NCBI RefSeq assembly: GCF_000186885.1
Contig: NC_014972.1
Coordinates: forward strand, 3,360,001 to 3,392,000
Source: Desulfobulbus propionicus DSM 2032
Lineage (GTDB): Bacteria; Desulfobacterota; Desulfobulbia; Desulfobulbales; Desulfobulbaceae
DNA: 32,000 nucleotides
Direction of reading: 5' to 3'
Below, piece after piece: positions 1 to 10,410 of this stretch; the stretch's first letter is position 1, and each line of letters opens with the position of its first letter. Below the pieces are notes generated by a model, which saw only the letters and a list, made by a program, of their open reading frames with translations, searched no databases and was not told the DNA's origin. Position numbers and translations under genes: made by a program.

Positions 1-1053
1 GAGGATCGGGCCTATCTGGAGGCGGACGCCACCTGGATCCATTTGAACTCGGTTGCCTATGCCGACAGCCGCAGTTCATCGTTGAATGGCAGTTCCGAGG
101 CGGAAAATTTTTTCATGCCCACCTTCTTTGCCGTTTCCCCTGACTACAACAATTTTCGCGTCGGCTTTTCCGTCACCGCCCCGGCCGGGTTATCCAAACG
201 ATGGCAGGATCCGTATCCCCGGACCTTTGCCGAGGAATTCAGCCTCAAGGTTTTTGAATTCAACCCCACCCTCTCCTACAAGTTCAGCGACCGGCTTGCC
301 GTTGGCGCCGGCGTCCGCGCCATCTATGTGGACGGCAAGGTGAAAAGCAACGGTATCATCGACCATTACGGCAGCACCGCCATCCGCGACATGGATGGTG
401 ACGCCCTGGAAGCCGGATACAACCTGGCGGTGACCGCCCGGCCCACGGAGGACATGAACATCAGCGTCACCTACCGATCCGAGGTCGACCTGGGCATCGA
501 AGGACACGCCGACCTGAACACCAATGTGCTGTCAGGCAGATACAGCGGAGACACCGGCGTGGAGATCCCCCTGCCGGCAATTCTGGCGGTGGCCGTGTCC
601 TACACCTTTTTTGATCAATTGACGGTTGAACTGGAATACGATCAGACCTATTGGTCCGATTACGCCTATCTGGACTTCACCTACCCGGCCCCCTTTGCCA
701 ACCCGGTGTTCGCGGCAGCCTTTGATGACGCCAAGGCCAAACACTGGTCGGATACCAATGCCTGGCGCTTGAGCGTCACCTACGACTTGAAGAACGACTT
801 CATCCTCATGGCCGGATTTGCCATTGACGAAAATCCGGTGCCGGAAGCGACCCTCGGTTTTGAGCTGCCTGATTCCGACGCCCTGCTCTATTCGGCGGGC
901 GTTCGCTACAAGGTGAACAAGGACATGGAACTGGGCGTCGCCTATCTCTATGACGACAAGGAGAGCCGCTCGGTGAACAATGGGACGGTGAAGGGCACCA
1001 TCGACGAAGCCGGGGCCCACCTGCTGACCTTCGGTTTGACCTATGCCTTCTGA
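1..1053 (+). CDS. OmpP1/FadL family outer-membrane transport protein, 5' truncated by window edge
   Basis: The frame is open from base 1 (EDRAYLEADATWIHLNSVAYAD...). It has beta-barrel-like alternating sequence and FadL-like phrases (AEEFSLKVFEFNPTLSYKFSDRLAVGAGVRAIY) and ends with aromatic F (GLTYAF). Confidence 0.85.
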   Translation, partial: EDRAYLEADATWIHLNSVAYADSRSSSLNGSSEAENFFMPTFFAVSPDYNNFRVGFSVTAPAGLSKRWQDPYPRTFAEEFSLKVFEFNPTLSYKFSDRLAVGAGVRAIYVDGKVKSNGIIDHYGSTAIRDMDGDALEAGYNLAVTARPTEDMNISVTYRSEVDLGIEGHADLNTNVLSGRYSGDTGVEIPLPAILAVAVSYTFFDQLTVELEYDQTYWSDYAYLDFTYPAPFANPVFAAAFDDAKAKHWSDTNAWRLSVTYDLKNDFILMAGFAIDENPVPEATLGFELPDSDALLYSAGVRYKVNKDMELGVAYLYDDKESRSVNNGTVKGTIDEAGAHLLTFGLTYAF

Positions 1054-1078
1054 GTGACAACAGGCAACGCTTTGTGCA

Positions 1079-1114
1079 AGCGGGTCCGGAACAGTTCCGG
1101 TCCCGCTTTTTTTT
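1079..1114 (+). terminator. Rho-independent terminator after the FadL-like gene
   Basis: AGCGGGTCCGGAAC-A-GTTCCGGTCCCGCT hairpin followed by TTTTTTTT. Confidence 0.9.
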
Positions 1115-1745
1115 ATCCTAAGAGAAGAGCATTGGACATGCGGATAATCGGCATGATCAGCCAGCCGATCACCCCGGTGTAAAACAACCCAAGAAGAATA
1201 AAGAAACCAAAGGGTTCGAGTTTGGCATAGCTGCGGGCCGCCTCCGGCGGCAGCAACCCCATCAGCACCTTGGAGCCGTCGAGCGGCGGGATGGGGATGC
1301 AGTTGAACACTGCCAGCATGATGTTGATCCACACGCTGGCCGCGAGCATGGCCACCAGGGGTTGGAGAACGGCAAAGGGAAGAAAGCGGAACTGGACGAA
1401 CAGATGCGCCAGGGAAGCACTGGCAATGGCGAGCACCACATTGGCCCCGGGGCCGGCCAGGGCCACCTTGAGCATGTCCTGGCGAGGATTGCGAAAATAC
1501 CAGGGATTGACCGGCACCGGTTTGGCCCAGCCGATCTTCATGATGATGAAGGCGAGCACCCCGAGCGGATCGAGGTGTTTGAGCGGGTTGAGGGTCAGGC
1601 GGCCTTCGTTCTTGGCCGTGGGATCGCCCAGGCGAAACGCCACGTAGCCATGCGCCAGTTCGTGCACGGTCAAGGCAAAAAGCAACGGTGGGGCCTGGAT
1701 GATCAGCTGCTGCATGAAGCTGTTGAAATCGAAATTCATGGGCAT
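1113..1745 (-). CDS. Site-2 protease family (M50) membrane metalloprotease
   Basis: HELAH motif (LTVHELAHGYVAFRLGD), hydrophobic helices and NCIPIPPLDGSKVL. The start is set at MPMNFDFNSF; the longer ORF upstream overlaps the next gene and looks spurious. Confidence 0.88.
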   Translation of the reverse strand: MPMNFDFNSFMQQLIIQAPPLLFALTVHELAHGYVAFRLGDPTAKNEGRLTLNPLKHLDPLGVLAFIIMKIGWAKPVPVNPWYFRNPRQDMLKVALAGPGANVVLAIASASLAHLFVQFRFLPFAVLQPLVAMLAASVWINIMLAVFNCIPIPPLDGSKVLMGLLPPEAARSYAKLEPFGFFILLGLFYTGVIGWLIMPIIRMSNALLLG

Positions 1746-1854
1746 CGGCGGATGTTTTTTACGGTTGTTGGGGTCTGGCTGTGGTTTCCAGCCTCTCTTG
1801 TGTGCAAAATCATAAGGTCGAACCGCGGAAAAGCGAGAGGAAAATGAGATCCGG

Positions 1855-4539
1855 TCAAGGACGACGGGGCAGAATGGGATGGGTGCTGCGGATGAAGGCC
1901 AGAGCCTGGTCGTGGCTGGTGATCTCGCCGTCAAGCTGCATTTCGATCAGGTGGTTATGGATGGCGCGGAACTGGGGGCCGGGGATATAGCCCATGGTCT
2001 TGAGCTCGTCACCGCCGACCAGGGGAACAACCTTGCGCAGGGTGGTCACATAAAGGGACACGGCCTGCTGGATGTAGCGCTTGCGGGCAATGGTCATCAG
2101 GTAGAGCAAGCCCTCGATGTCGAGTTCTCCCAGCAGCCAGTAGGTTTCGCTGGGCTTGAGAAAGGGTCGCTTTTGCATCTCCTGGGCGATCCGTTCCGCA
2201 TCGGTTTTCTGCTGGATCAGCTTCTTGCGCTGCTTGGGCGGAAGATCGAACCGATGGCAGAAGCTGATCAGCTCCTTGGTGCGCGACCGGCTCATGATCG
2301 CCAGCAGATAGACCATCCAGGTCTCCACCCGGTCGGGCAGGTAGAGCAGCTTGAACCAGGAAATCGCCTGGTTGGCCTGGGTGAGGGTGTGGAGAAAACG
2401 GCGGTCGACCTTGAGGTTCGGGCGCAGGTCCGGCCAGAGAAAGGGAAAGAGCTTGAATTGGGCCATGCGCCGCAAGGCCGGAATCGGGTCATCCTCGGAG
2501 AGGATCAGTTTCAGCTCGTGGAAGAAGCGCGGCTCCTCGACCTTCTCGAACAGATTCATCTGCACCGTGTTCTTGATCAGCTTCTCGGCGTGGCGGGTGA
2601 TGGTGAAATCGAGCCGCCCCTCGAAACGGATGGCGCGGAAGATGCGGGTGGGGTCCTCGACAAAACTCAGATTGTGCAGCACCTGGATGCGCCGTTCCTT
2701 GAGGTCGTTCTGGCAGTTGAAATAATCGACCAGGGTGCCGAACCGCTCCGGGTTGAGGTGGATGGCCATGGCATTGATGGTGAAGTCGCGGCGGTAGAGA
2801 TCGAGCTTGATCGAGCTGTGCTCCACCGTGGGCAGGGCCGCCGGATGCTCGTAATATTCGAGCCGGGCCGTGGCCACATCAACGCGTGACTGGTCGGGAA
2901 AGATCACCGTGGCGGTACCGAATTTTTCATGCGGATGGACGACACCGTGACGCTGCTCGGCCAGGGTCTTGGCGAAACGGATGCCGTCGCCCTCGATGAC
3001 GATGTCGATGTCGGTGTTCCTGACGTGCAGAAGCAGATCGCGAACAAAACCGCCGGCCACATAGGCGTTGCAGCCGAGGACGGCCGCAGTCTCGCCGATT
3101 TCACGCAGCAGGACGGTGATCTCCCGGGGCAGAACCTGGGCCATGATGCTGCCCAGATTGCGGGTCCGCTCCACCGATGGGCGCTCGTCCTCGCGGAGCA
3201 GTTCGGGTGAGAGATTGGCGGGATCGTTGACCAAGAGCCCCAGCAAATCGGTGCGGGTGATCACCCCGACAATCTGCTCGCCGCGCACCACCGGGATGAG
3301 CCGCTGGCGGTTTTCCACGATCAGCCGCTGGATGTCCGCCAGGGTGCCGCTTTCCGGCAGGGTGGCGATCTCGGTGGTCATGTAATCGGCGACAGGCAGG
3401 CTGCCCAACTGATGGAAAATAGCCTTTTCCGCCACCATGCGCGAAATCATCCCCAGCAGTCCCGTGGGTTGCGGCCCGTTCTCCTGGCCGTTGTTGGTCC
3501 GTACCACTGGCAGTACGGTCACGTTGTAGCGGGTCATCAACCGGTTGGCCTGATCGATGCTGACATCCGGGGTGACGGCGATAACCGGGGCGCTCATCAA
3601 CTCGCCGGCCACGGCCTTGGGCCGGATGTGGCGGTGGAGTAGACCGACCAACTGCTCCTCGGCCTCGGCAAGGGTCAGATCGCGGATGGTGGCCGAGGCG
3701 GCCGCGGCATGGCCACCGCCGCCGAATTCGCGAGCCACGGTGCCGACATTGACCTCGGGGATGCGGCTGCGGGCGATGAGGTAGGTCCGCTCACCCATGC
3801 TGATCAGGGCAAAGAGGACGTCGATGTTCTCCATCACCATCAACCGCTGGACGATCACCGCGAAATCGTTGATATAATCGGCCTCGGTCAGGGTGCTGAT
3901 CACCACGGTCACACCGCGAATGACGTAGGAATGGGCCTCCTGCTGCAACCGGCCGATGAGACCGATCTGTTCGGCCGAAAGTTCGCGCGAGACGAACTGG
4001 GTGACCACATCGAGGTTGGCCCCCTGGCTCAGCAGCCAGGCGGCGGCGCTCAGGTCCTCGGGACAGGTGGAGGAATGGAGAAAACTGCCGGTATCCTCGT
4101 AGATGCCCAGGGCCATCAGCGTGGCCTCGTCACGGCTGGGGACAATACCCCGCTCCTGAAAGAGGCGGACGAAGAGGGTGGTGGTCGAACCGAGCCGCCG
4201 CACCTCCTCCACGCTGCCGCGCAAATCACCGGGACCATCCGGATGATGATCATACAGATGCACGGTCAGGTGCGGATTGGTCAGGCATTCCGCCAAACCG
4301 CCGATCCGTTCCGCCTGCCGGGTGTCGACCACGATCAGGCGCTGGACCCGTGACAGGTCGATATGTTTGATTTTTTTGAACTCGTAAATGTTGCGGAATT
4401 CCTGAGCCAGGTAATCGCGCACACATTTTTCCTGCGACCCGGGAAACACCAACTCGGCCCGGGGATAGAGCTTCTTGGCGGCGACCATGGCCGCCAAGCT
4501 GTCGAAGTCGGCGCCGATATGGGTGGTGATGATGTCCAT
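1855..4539 (-). CDS. DHH phosphoesterase / tandem CBS / tRNA nucleotidyltransferase (poly(A) polymerase-type) fusion protein
   Basis: N-terminal DHH-like HIGADFDSLAAMVAA and VDTRQ; two CBS-like segments (MSAPVIAVTPDVSIDQANRLM, MTTEIATLPESGTLADIQRLI); nucleotidyltransferase segment AYVAGGFVRDLLL...DIDIVIEGD...RRDFTINAMAIHL; RNA-binding segment IRFEGRLDFTI. Start set at MDIITTHIG. Confidence 0.88.
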   Translation of the reverse strand: MDIITTHIGADFDSLAAMVAAKKLYPRAELVFPGSQEKCVRDYLAQEFRNIYEFKKIKHIDLSRVQRLIVVDTRQAERIGGLAECLTNPHLTVHLYDHHPDGPGDLRGSVEEVRRLGSTTTLFVRLFQERGIVPSRDEATLMALGIYEDTGSFLHSSTCPEDLSAAAWLLSQGANLDVVTQFVSRELSAEQIGLIGRLQQEAHSYVIRGVTVVISTLTEADYINDFAVIVQRLMVMENIDVLFALISMGERTYLIARSRIPEVNVGTVAREFGGGGHAAAASATIRDLTLAEAEEQLVGLLHRHIRPKAVAGELMSAPVIAVTPDVSIDQANRLMTRYNVTVLPVVRTNNGQENGPQPTGLLGMISRMVAEKAIFHQLGSLPVADYMTTEIATLPESGTLADIQRLIVENRQRLIPVVRGEQIVGVITRTDLLGLLVNDPANLSPELLREDERPSVERTRNLGSIMAQVLPREITVLLREIGETAAVLGCNAYVAGGFVRDLLLHVRNTDIDIVIEGDGIRFAKTLAEQRHGVVHPHEKFGTATVIFPDQSRVDVATARLEYYEHPAALPTVEHSSIKLDLYRRDFTINAMAIHLNPERFGTLVDYFNCQNDLKERRIQVLHNLSFVEDPTRIFRAIRFEGRLDFTITRHAEKLIKNTVQMNLFEKVEEPRFFHELKLILSEDDPIPALRRMAQFKLFPFLWPDLRPNLKVDRRFLHTLTQANQAISWFKLLYLPDRVETWMVYLLAIMSRSRTKELISFCHRFDLPPKQRKKLIQQKTDAERIAQEMQKRPFLKPSETYWLLGELDIEGLLYLMTIARKRYIQQAVSLYVTTLRKVVPLVGGDELKTMGYIPGPQFRAIHNHLIEMQLDGEITSHDQALAFIRSTHPILPRRP

Positions 4540-4766
4540 GGCCGGAATTATACACAACATGCCCGGCCTGTAAAGAAAACGCCTTGGGCCGCAACCGTAT
4601 TTAGTGGAAAATCAAGAAAATCAGCGAAGCAAACCAGGACCGGCTTTGTCAGAGTACCCGGCAACACCCGTTCAACCCATTGATATTTTGTAAATTGTCT
4701 TCCAGCCCCGTGGTTTCCCCCTCTCTGGACGATCAATAAAATTGTGAAGCATCATTTTGTTGTTGC

Positions 4767-4795
4767 TTGACAATTGGCCCCTGATACTCTATTTT
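4767..4795 (+). promoter_or_regulatory. Putative sigma70-type promoter for tRNA-Gly
   Basis: TTGACA (4767-4772), 17-nt spacer, TATTTT (4790-4795), about 25 nt upstream of the tRNA 5' end. Confidence 0.6.
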
Positions 4796-4820
4796 AACTA
4801 ACTTCCTAAGGATCAGCAGA

Positions 4821-4896
4821 GCGGGTGTAGCTCAGTTGGCAGAGCACAAGCTTCCCAAGCTTGGGGTCGCGGGTTCGAACCCCGTTGCCCGCTCCA
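4821..4896 (+). tRNA. tRNA-Gly, anticodon CCC, CCA encoded
   Basis: Cloverleaf: GCGGGTG acceptor, GCTC/GAGC D stem, CAAGC-TTCCCAA-GCTTG anticodon arm, GCGGG-TTCGAAC-CCCGT T arm, TGCCCGC + TCCA. Confidence 0.95.
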
Positions 4897-4971
4897 TAGC
4901 GAAGTTGGCCGAACGTCAGGGATTGGCTGATCCTGACAGGCTCGGCTGCCGGATGGACCGGCATACGTGAA

Positions 4972-4994
4972 AGTGGGCTCTGCCCGCTTTTTTT
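4972..4994 (+). terminator. Rho-independent terminator between tRNA-Gly and rimP
   Basis: AGTGGGC-TCT-GCCCGCT followed by a run of Ts. Confidence 0.75.
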
Positions 4995-5082
4995 ATTGCC
5001 TTTTCCCGGAAACCGCATACATCAACGAAGGGGAGCTGCAGCGCTTTTCCCCTGAAATATCACCTGTAACGGATCCACAACA

Positions 5083-5544
5083 TTGAACGACACCACGGAT
5101 CGATTGCTCACAACCATCCAGGGGTTTGCCGAACCTCTTCTGGCCGACATGGGGATGGAATTGGTAGAGGTGCAGTTCCGACGCGAAGGCCATGGATGGG
5201 TGCTCCGTTTCTTCATCGACAAGGAAGGGGGCATCACCATCGACGACTGCGCCGACGTGAGTCGCGAGATCAGCGCCTATCTCGAGGTGGAAGACCTCAT
5301 TGACCACGCCTACCACCTCGAGGTGTCCTCGCCGGGGCTGGAACGCCCGTTGAGAAAGAAAGAGGATTTCCACCGCTTCATCGATCGGTTGATCCGGGTC
5401 AAGTTGCGGGAACCCTTGGGAGAGCAGAAGGTGCTGACCGGCACCCTGCTCGGCATGGAGGGCGACACCGTCCTCCTGGCGCTGGACAGTGAAACTGTCC
5501 GCATAGATTGGGAAAATATATCAAAGGCACGGTTAACCCTGTAG
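5083..5544 (+). CDS. rimP: Ribosome maturation factor RimP
   Basis: MELVEVQFRREG, GGITIDDCADVSREISAYLEVED, YHLEVSSPGLERPL; directly upstream of nusA. A TTG start is assumed. Confidence 0.95.
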   Translation: MNDTTDRLLTTIQGFAEPLLADMGMELVEVQFRREGHGWVLRFFIDKEGGITIDDCADVSREISAYLEVEDLIDHAYHLEVSSPGLERPLRKKEDFHRFIDRLIRVKLREPLGEQKVLTGTLLGMEGDTVLLALDSETVRIDWENISKARLTL

Positions 5545-5628
5545 CGTTTGAAACGAACTGCCTTGGGGCGGGAATCATTACGCAACGGGACCAGAGACAA
5601 CACAGCGTGCCCGAGCTTGGAGTAGACG

Positions 5629-6984
5629 ATGGTTGGAGCAGAAAATCTTAAACGAATTGTCGATCAGATCTGCAGGGACAAAGGGATTGATCGCGCCTTG
5701 CTGATCGATGCGATTGAAGAGGCCGTTCGTTCCGCAGTTCGCAAAAAATATGGTACCCGCAGGGAGATCGAGGTTCAGTTCAACGAGGACTTGGGCGAAG
5801 TCGAAGTGTTCCAGTACCGCACGGTGGTCGACGAGGTCTACGACGAGGAGACTGAAATTTCGCTCGAGGAAGCACGCCGTCTCGATCCGGAGATCGAGTT
5901 GGACGATGACCTTGGCGAAAAGATGGACAACATCGCCGATCTTGGCCGCATTGCCGCTCAGTCGGCCAAACAGGTGATCATCCACCGCATGCGCGATGCC
6001 GAGCGCGATGTTATCTACGAGATGTTCCGCGATCGCGAAGGCACCATTGTCAACGGCATCGTCCAGCGGTTCGAGCGGGGCGACATGATCATCAATCTGG
6101 GCCGCACCGATGCCGTCCTGCCCCGGGAAGGTCAGATCCCCAAGCGCTCCTATAAACAGGGCGACAGAATCCGCGCCTATCTCCAGGAGGTCCGCCGTGA
6201 TACCCGTGAGGGGAAGTTCCGCGATTCGCAGCTGATTCTCAGCCGGACCTGCAACGAATTCCTCATCAAGCTGTTTGAAATGGAGGTGCCGGAAATCGCC
6301 GAGGGCATTGTCAAGATCATGGGCGCCAGCCGGGAGCCCGGATTTCGGGCCAAAATCGCGGTTTCCTCCATCGAATCGGACGTCGATCCGGTGGGCGCCT
6401 GCGTGGGCCTCAAGGGATCGCGGGTGCAGAACGTGGTGCAGGAACTTCAAGGCGAACGCATTGACATCGTGCCCTGGAGTCCGGATCCGGCACGGTATGT
6501 GTGCAACGCCCTGGCCCCGGCCGAGGTATCCATGGTGATCGTCGAGGACGAACGCAAGGCGCTGCTGGTGGTGGTGCCCGACGATCAGCTCTCCCTGGCC
6601 ATCGGCCGTCAGGGGCAGAATGTTCGTCTGGCTTCCCGCCTGCTGGGCTGGAAGATTGATGTCAAAAGCCAGTCGCGCTACGCCAACATGGACAACACGG
6701 AATACCGCAGCCTGCTGGCGGTGGACGGCGTCGACGAAAATCTGGCCGATCGGCTCTTTGCCGCCGGCATCACCTCGGCACCGCTGCTGGCGGCCATGGA
6801 CATCGAACAACTGATGGCCCTGGCGCGGATCGATCAGGACAAGGCCCAAGGCATGCAAAAGGCGGCGGCCGCGATGCAACCATCGAAGGAAAAAACGGCT
6901 CAACCGGCCCCTGATGTCCAGGAGCTGACGGACCAGGAACCGGTAACGCCTCAAGAAGACCAGTCCATCGAGCAAGGCGGATGA
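5629..6984 (+). CDS. nusA: Transcription termination/antitermination protein NusA
   Basis: IVDQICRDKGID..., S1/KH domain phrases (VGACVGLKGSRVQNVVQELQGERIDIVPWS, LAIGRQGQNVRLASRLLGWKIDVKS). Confidence 0.97.
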   Translation: MVGAENLKRIVDQICRDKGIDRALLIDAIEEAVRSAVRKKYGTRREIEVQFNEDLGEVEVFQYRTVVDEVYDEETEISLEEARRLDPEIELDDDLGEKMDNIADLGRIAAQSAKQVIIHRMRDAERDVIYEMFRDREGTIVNGIVQRFERGDMIINLGRTDAVLPREGQIPKRSYKQGDRIRAYLQEVRRDTREGKFRDSQLILSRTCNEFLIKLFEMEVPEIAEGIVKIMGASREPGFRAKIAVSSIESDVDPVGACVGLKGSRVQNVVQELQGERIDIVPWSPDPARYVCNALAPAEVSMVIVEDERKALLVVVPDDQLSLAIGRQGQNVRLASRLLGWKIDVKSQSRYANMDNTEYRSLLAVDGVDENLADRLFAAGITSAPLLAAMDIEQLMALARIDQDKAQGMQKAAAAMQPSKEKTAQPAPDVQELTDQEPVTPQEDQSIEQGG

Positions 6985-7187
6985 ACCGGGGGCATGTTCC
7001 GCAACGAACCTGCCGCGGCTGCGGCCGAAAAGGGCCTCGCGCCGGCCTCCTGCGGTTCGTGGTGATCGGAGGCAGGCTGGTTGAGGATCAGCAGGGCGGC
7101 ATGCCCGGTAAAGGCGTATACTGCTGCGATCAAGACGTCTGCCGTGAGCGGTTGGCGAAAAGCAAAAAAGTCCTGAAAGCGGACTGA
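6981..7187 (+). CDS. YlxR (DUF448) family nucleic-acid-binding protein
   Basis: PQRTCRGCGRKGPRAGLLRFV; overlaps the nusA stop and precedes infB, as is typical. Confidence 0.9.
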   Translation: MNRGHVPQRTCRGCGRKGPRAGLLRFVVIGGRLVEDQQGGMPGKGVYCCDQDVCRERLAKSKKVLKAD

Positions 7188-7225
7188 ACCCCTGCGTGGC
7201 GGGTTATTGAGGAAGGGAGCGTTTG

Positions 7226-9997
7226 ATGAGCAAGGTTCGTATTTATGATCTCGCGAAGGAAGCAGGACTCAAAAGCAAGGAACTGGCGGATAAGTTGATC
7301 GCGATGGGCTATCCCATCGCGAGTCATAGTTCAAGTGTAGACGAAGATATGGCTGCGGATATTCGAAAAAAACTGAAAGGCGAAGCTGTGGGCGGAACAG
7401 CGGAAGGGCGCATCGAGCTCAGGAGCCGAGCTGAGCAAGGCGCCGCCAAAACGAAAACCGTTATCCGTCGCCGGTCCAAGGCCGACAAAGAAGAGGCGGC
7501 CAAGCGGCAGGAAGAAGCGGAAGCCCTTGCCCTGGAAGCCGAGATCCAGGCGCTCGAGGCCCGCCTGCAGCAGGAGGAACAAGCGGCCAAGGAGAAGCCC
7601 CAAGAGGCGCCGGCTGTTGAGGAACCGGTCGAGCCACCCGTGGAAGAGCCGCAGGCAGCCAAGTTCGCGGAGATGAACGTCGAGCAGCCGTCAGAACAGG
7701 CACCGCAATCCGAACCTGTCGCCCAGGCGGAAACACCGGACGAGACGTCCGAACCCGCGAAAGTCGAGGCAACGCCCTTTGCCCCCCCGGTGGACGAAGT
7801 GGTTCCGCCACAAGTCATCCAGGCGCAGGAGAAGCCGGCCGACGACGAGAGCAGGAAACCCCGGCAGTTGGCCAAGGTAGTTGGCCGGGTCGTGATCCCG
7901 GTTCCGGAGAAACGAACCAAACCCGTTGCCGGCAAACGTCCGGTTCGCCCGCCGCGGCCGGTTGCCGGGGATGCGCCGACCGAGATTCCCGTTCCCAAAG
8001 AAGACGGACGGGCCGACGTCAAGGGCAAGAAGAAGGGCAAGCGGGTGGTGGCCATTGGCGGCGACGAGGAAGAACTGGGCAGAAAGGGAGCCAAGGCCGG
8101 CAAGAAAGGCGGCAAGGCCCGGGTTGAATTCGCCCCGGACGGCGATGTGGAATTCATGCGTCCCCGTAAAGGGAAGAAGAAAAGGGATGGCCGCAAGGAG
8201 TTGCCCGAGCAGCCGCTGATCGCCGAAACCAAGGCGATCAAGCGCCGAATCAAGGTAGTGGCCACCATCAGCGTGGGCGACTTGGCCAAACGCATGGGGG
8301 TCAAGGCCAGCGAGGTCATCGCCGCCCTGATGCGCCTGGGCGTGCTGGCCACCCTCAACCAGGCCCTGGATGTCGATACCGCGGCCCTGGTAGCCGCGGA
8401 TTTCGGCTACGAGGTCGAACAGGCCATGACCGAGGAGCTAGAGGTTGAGGCTTTGCAGGAACAGGAAGCCGAAATGGGCGGCGAAGCCCTGCCCCGGCCG
8501 CCGGTGGTCACGGTCATGGGCCATGTCGATCACGGCAAGACCTCGATCCTCGATGCCATCCGCAAGACCGATGTGGCCGCGGGCGAGGCGGGCGGCATCA
8601 CCCAGCACATCGGCGCCTACCATGTGCAGGCGCCTTCCGGGGATCTGACCTTTGTCGATACGCCGGGCCATGCGGCCTTCACCGAGATGCGTTCGCGCGG
8701 CGCCAAGGTCACCGACATCGTCGTGCTGGTGGTTGCCGCCGATGACGGGGTCATGGACCAGACCAAGGAAGCCATCGCCCACTCCAAGGCGGCCGAGGTG
8801 CCGATCGTGGTCGCGGTCAACAAGATCGATAAGGACAACGCCGATCCCGACCGGGTCAAACGCGAACTGAGCGATTTCGGCCTCATTCCGGAGGAATGGG
8901 GCGGCCAGACCATCTACTGCCTGACCAGCGCCAAAAAGGGCGTCGGCATCGAGGAACTGCTCGAATCGATCCAGCTTCAGGCCGAAATCCTTGAACTGCG
9001 GGCCGATCCGTCGCGCAAGGCCAAGGGCACGGTCATCGAGGCACAGCTGCACAAGGGACGAGGTCCCGTGGCCACGGTCCTGGTACAGGAAGGGACCCTG
9101 CGCCCCGGCGATCATTTTGTCGCCGGCATCTACAGCGGCAAGGTGCGCATGTTGATCAACGAGCGCGGCGAGCAGGTGCAGGAGGCCGGCCCCTCGATTC
9201 CGGTGGAGGTGCAGGGCTTGTCCGGCGTGCCGCAGGCGGGTGACGAGTTCATCGTCCTCACCGACGAGAAAATGGCCAAGTCCGTGGCCAACGCCCGCCA
9301 ACTCAAAGCCAGGGAAACCGAACTGGCCTCGGCGTCCAAGGTATCGCTCGACAACCTGTTCGAGAAGATGGCCGAGCAAGACGTCAAGGAACTGCGGGTC
9401 ATCCTCCGCGCCGATGTTCAGGGCACGCTCCAGGCCTTTGGCCAGGCGGCGGAAAACCTGTCGACCAAGGCGATCCGGGTGCGTTCCCTCCATGAGGGTA
9501 CCGGCTCGATCACCGAAAACGACATCCATCTGGCTGCGGCCTCGGATGCGATCATTATCGGCTTCAATGTCCGCCCCACGGTCAAGGTGAAGGAACTGGC
9601 CGAACGCGAAGGGGTGGATGTCCGCTCCTACGACGTCATCTACCACGCCCTCGAGGATATCGAGAAGGCCATGGTGGGCATGTTGGAGCCGACCTTCGAG
9701 GAACGGGTCATCGGCACCGCCGATGTACGGGAGACTTTCCAGGTACCCAAGGTCGGGACCATTGCCGGCTGTTCGGTCATCGCCGGCAAGATCGAACGCA
9801 ACGCCCGGGTGCGCGTGCTCCGCGAAGGGGTGGTGATCTACACCGGTCGCATCTCGTCGCTGCGGCGGTTCAAGGATGACGTCAAGGAGGTGCTGACCGG
9901 CTTTGAATGCGGTATCGGGGTCGAGCATTTCAACGACATCAAGATCGGCGACAACCTGGAGGCCTTTGTCCTCGATGAAGTCGAGGCCACCCTGTAA
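7226..9997 (+). CDS. infB: Translation initiation factor IF-2
   Basis: GTPase motifs [18 protein letters not shown]; N-terminal [22 protein letters not shown]; long charged linker. Confidence 0.98.
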   Translation: MSKVRIYDLAKEAGLKSKELADKLIAMGYPIASHSSSVDEDMAADIRKKLKGEAVGGTAEGRIELRSRAEQGAAKTKTVIRRRSKADKEEAAKRQEEAEALALEAEIQALEARLQQEEQAAKEKPQEAPAVEEPVEPPVEEPQAAKFAEMNVEQPSEQAPQSEPVAQAETPDETSEPAKVEATPFAPPVDEVVPPQVIQAQEKPADDESRKPRQLAKVVGRVVIPVPEKRTKPVAGKRPVRPPRPVAGDAPTEIPVPKEDGRADVKGKKKGKRVVAIGGDEEELGRKGAKAGKKGGKARVEFAPDGDVEFMRPRKGKKKRDGRKELPEQPLIAETKAIKRRIKVVATISVGDLAKRMGVKASEVIAALMRLGVLATLNQALDVDTAALVAADFGYEVEQAMTEELEVEALQEQEAEMGGEALPRPPVVTVMGHVDHGKTSILDAIRKTDVAAGEAGGITQHIGAYHVQAPSGDLTFVDTPGHAAFTEMRSRGAKVTDIVVLVVAADDGVMDQTKEAIAHSKAAEVPIVVAVNKIDKDNADPDRVKRELSDFGLIPEEWGGQTIYCLTSAKKGVGIEELLESIQLQAEILELRADPSRKAKGTVIEAQLHKGRGPVATVLVQEGTLRPGDHFVAGIYSGKVRMLINERGEQVQEAGPSIPVEVQGLSGVPQAGDEFIVLTDEKMAKSVANARQLKARETELASASKVSLDNLFEKMAEQDVKELRVILRADVQGTLQAFGQAAENLSTKAIRVRSLHEGTGSITENDIHLAAASDAIIIGFNVRPTVKVKELAEREGVDVRSYDVIYHALEDIEKAMVGMLEPTFEERVIGTADVRETFQVPKVGTIAGCSVIAGKIERNARVRVLREGVVIYTGRISSLRRFKDDVKEVLTGFECGIGVEHFNDIKIGDNLEAFVLDEVEATL

Positions 9998-10008
9998 GCG
10001 GTTGGATC

Positions 10009-10410
10009 ATGTCCATGGATTTCGATTTCAAGCTTCCCGGACTGGGCCGGCCGGAAAGTTCCCGGCCCAAGCGGGTGGCCGAGGCGATCAAGAACGAGTT
10101 GACCATCCTGTTGCTGCAGCAGGTGGCCGATCCACGGCTTTCCGGGGTCCTGGTTTCCCGGGTGGTGGTGACACCTGATCTCAAGCAGGCCAAGGTCTAT
10201 TTCACCGTCCCGGCCGGCAAGGACAGTGGTCCGGCGCTCAAGGGCATGCATCGCGCCAAGGGATTCTTCCGCAGCCACCTGGCCAAGACCCTCAACCTGC
10301 GCTATACTCCCGAGCTGCTCTTTTATTACGACAACCTCAACGAAGAGGCGGAACGGATCGACAGCCTGTTCCGCCAGATCGAGGACGAACGAAAGCATGA
10401 GCAGTCCTGA
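10009..10410 (+). CDS. rbfA: 30S ribosome-binding factor RbfA
   Basis: RPKRVAEAIKNELTILLLQQVADPRL...VVVTPDLKQAKVYFT...LRYTPELLFYYD; located between infB and an nrnA-like gene. Confidence 0.95.
   Translation: MSMDFDFKLPGLGRPESSRPKRVAEAIKNELTILLLQQVADPRLSGVLVSRVVVTPDLKQAKVYFTVPAGKDSGPALKGMHRAKGFFRSHLAKTLNLRYTPELLFYYDNLNEEAERIDSLFRQIEDERKHEQS

Noticed and set aside
1879-2889. 336-aa plus-strand ORF antisense to the nucleotidyltransferase fusion
   Set aside because: The minus-strand protein has clear tRNA nucleotidyltransferase motifs; the plus translation shows no domain.
5578-6975. 465-aa minus-strand ORF covering nusA
   Set aside because: It lies antisense to an unmistakable nusA. Long open antisense frames are common in GC-rich coding DNA, and the translation is His/Arg/Gln-rich with no recognisable domain.
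7324-8358. 344-aa Ser/Thr-rich minus-strand ORF
   Set aside because: It is the antisense reading of the Glu/Ala/Pro-rich IF-2 linker; the Ser-rich composition is a direct consequence of that.
8438-9928. 496-aa minus-strand ORF covering infB
   Set aside because: Antisense to the infB GTPase region, with His/Asp/Gln-rich shadow-ORF composition.
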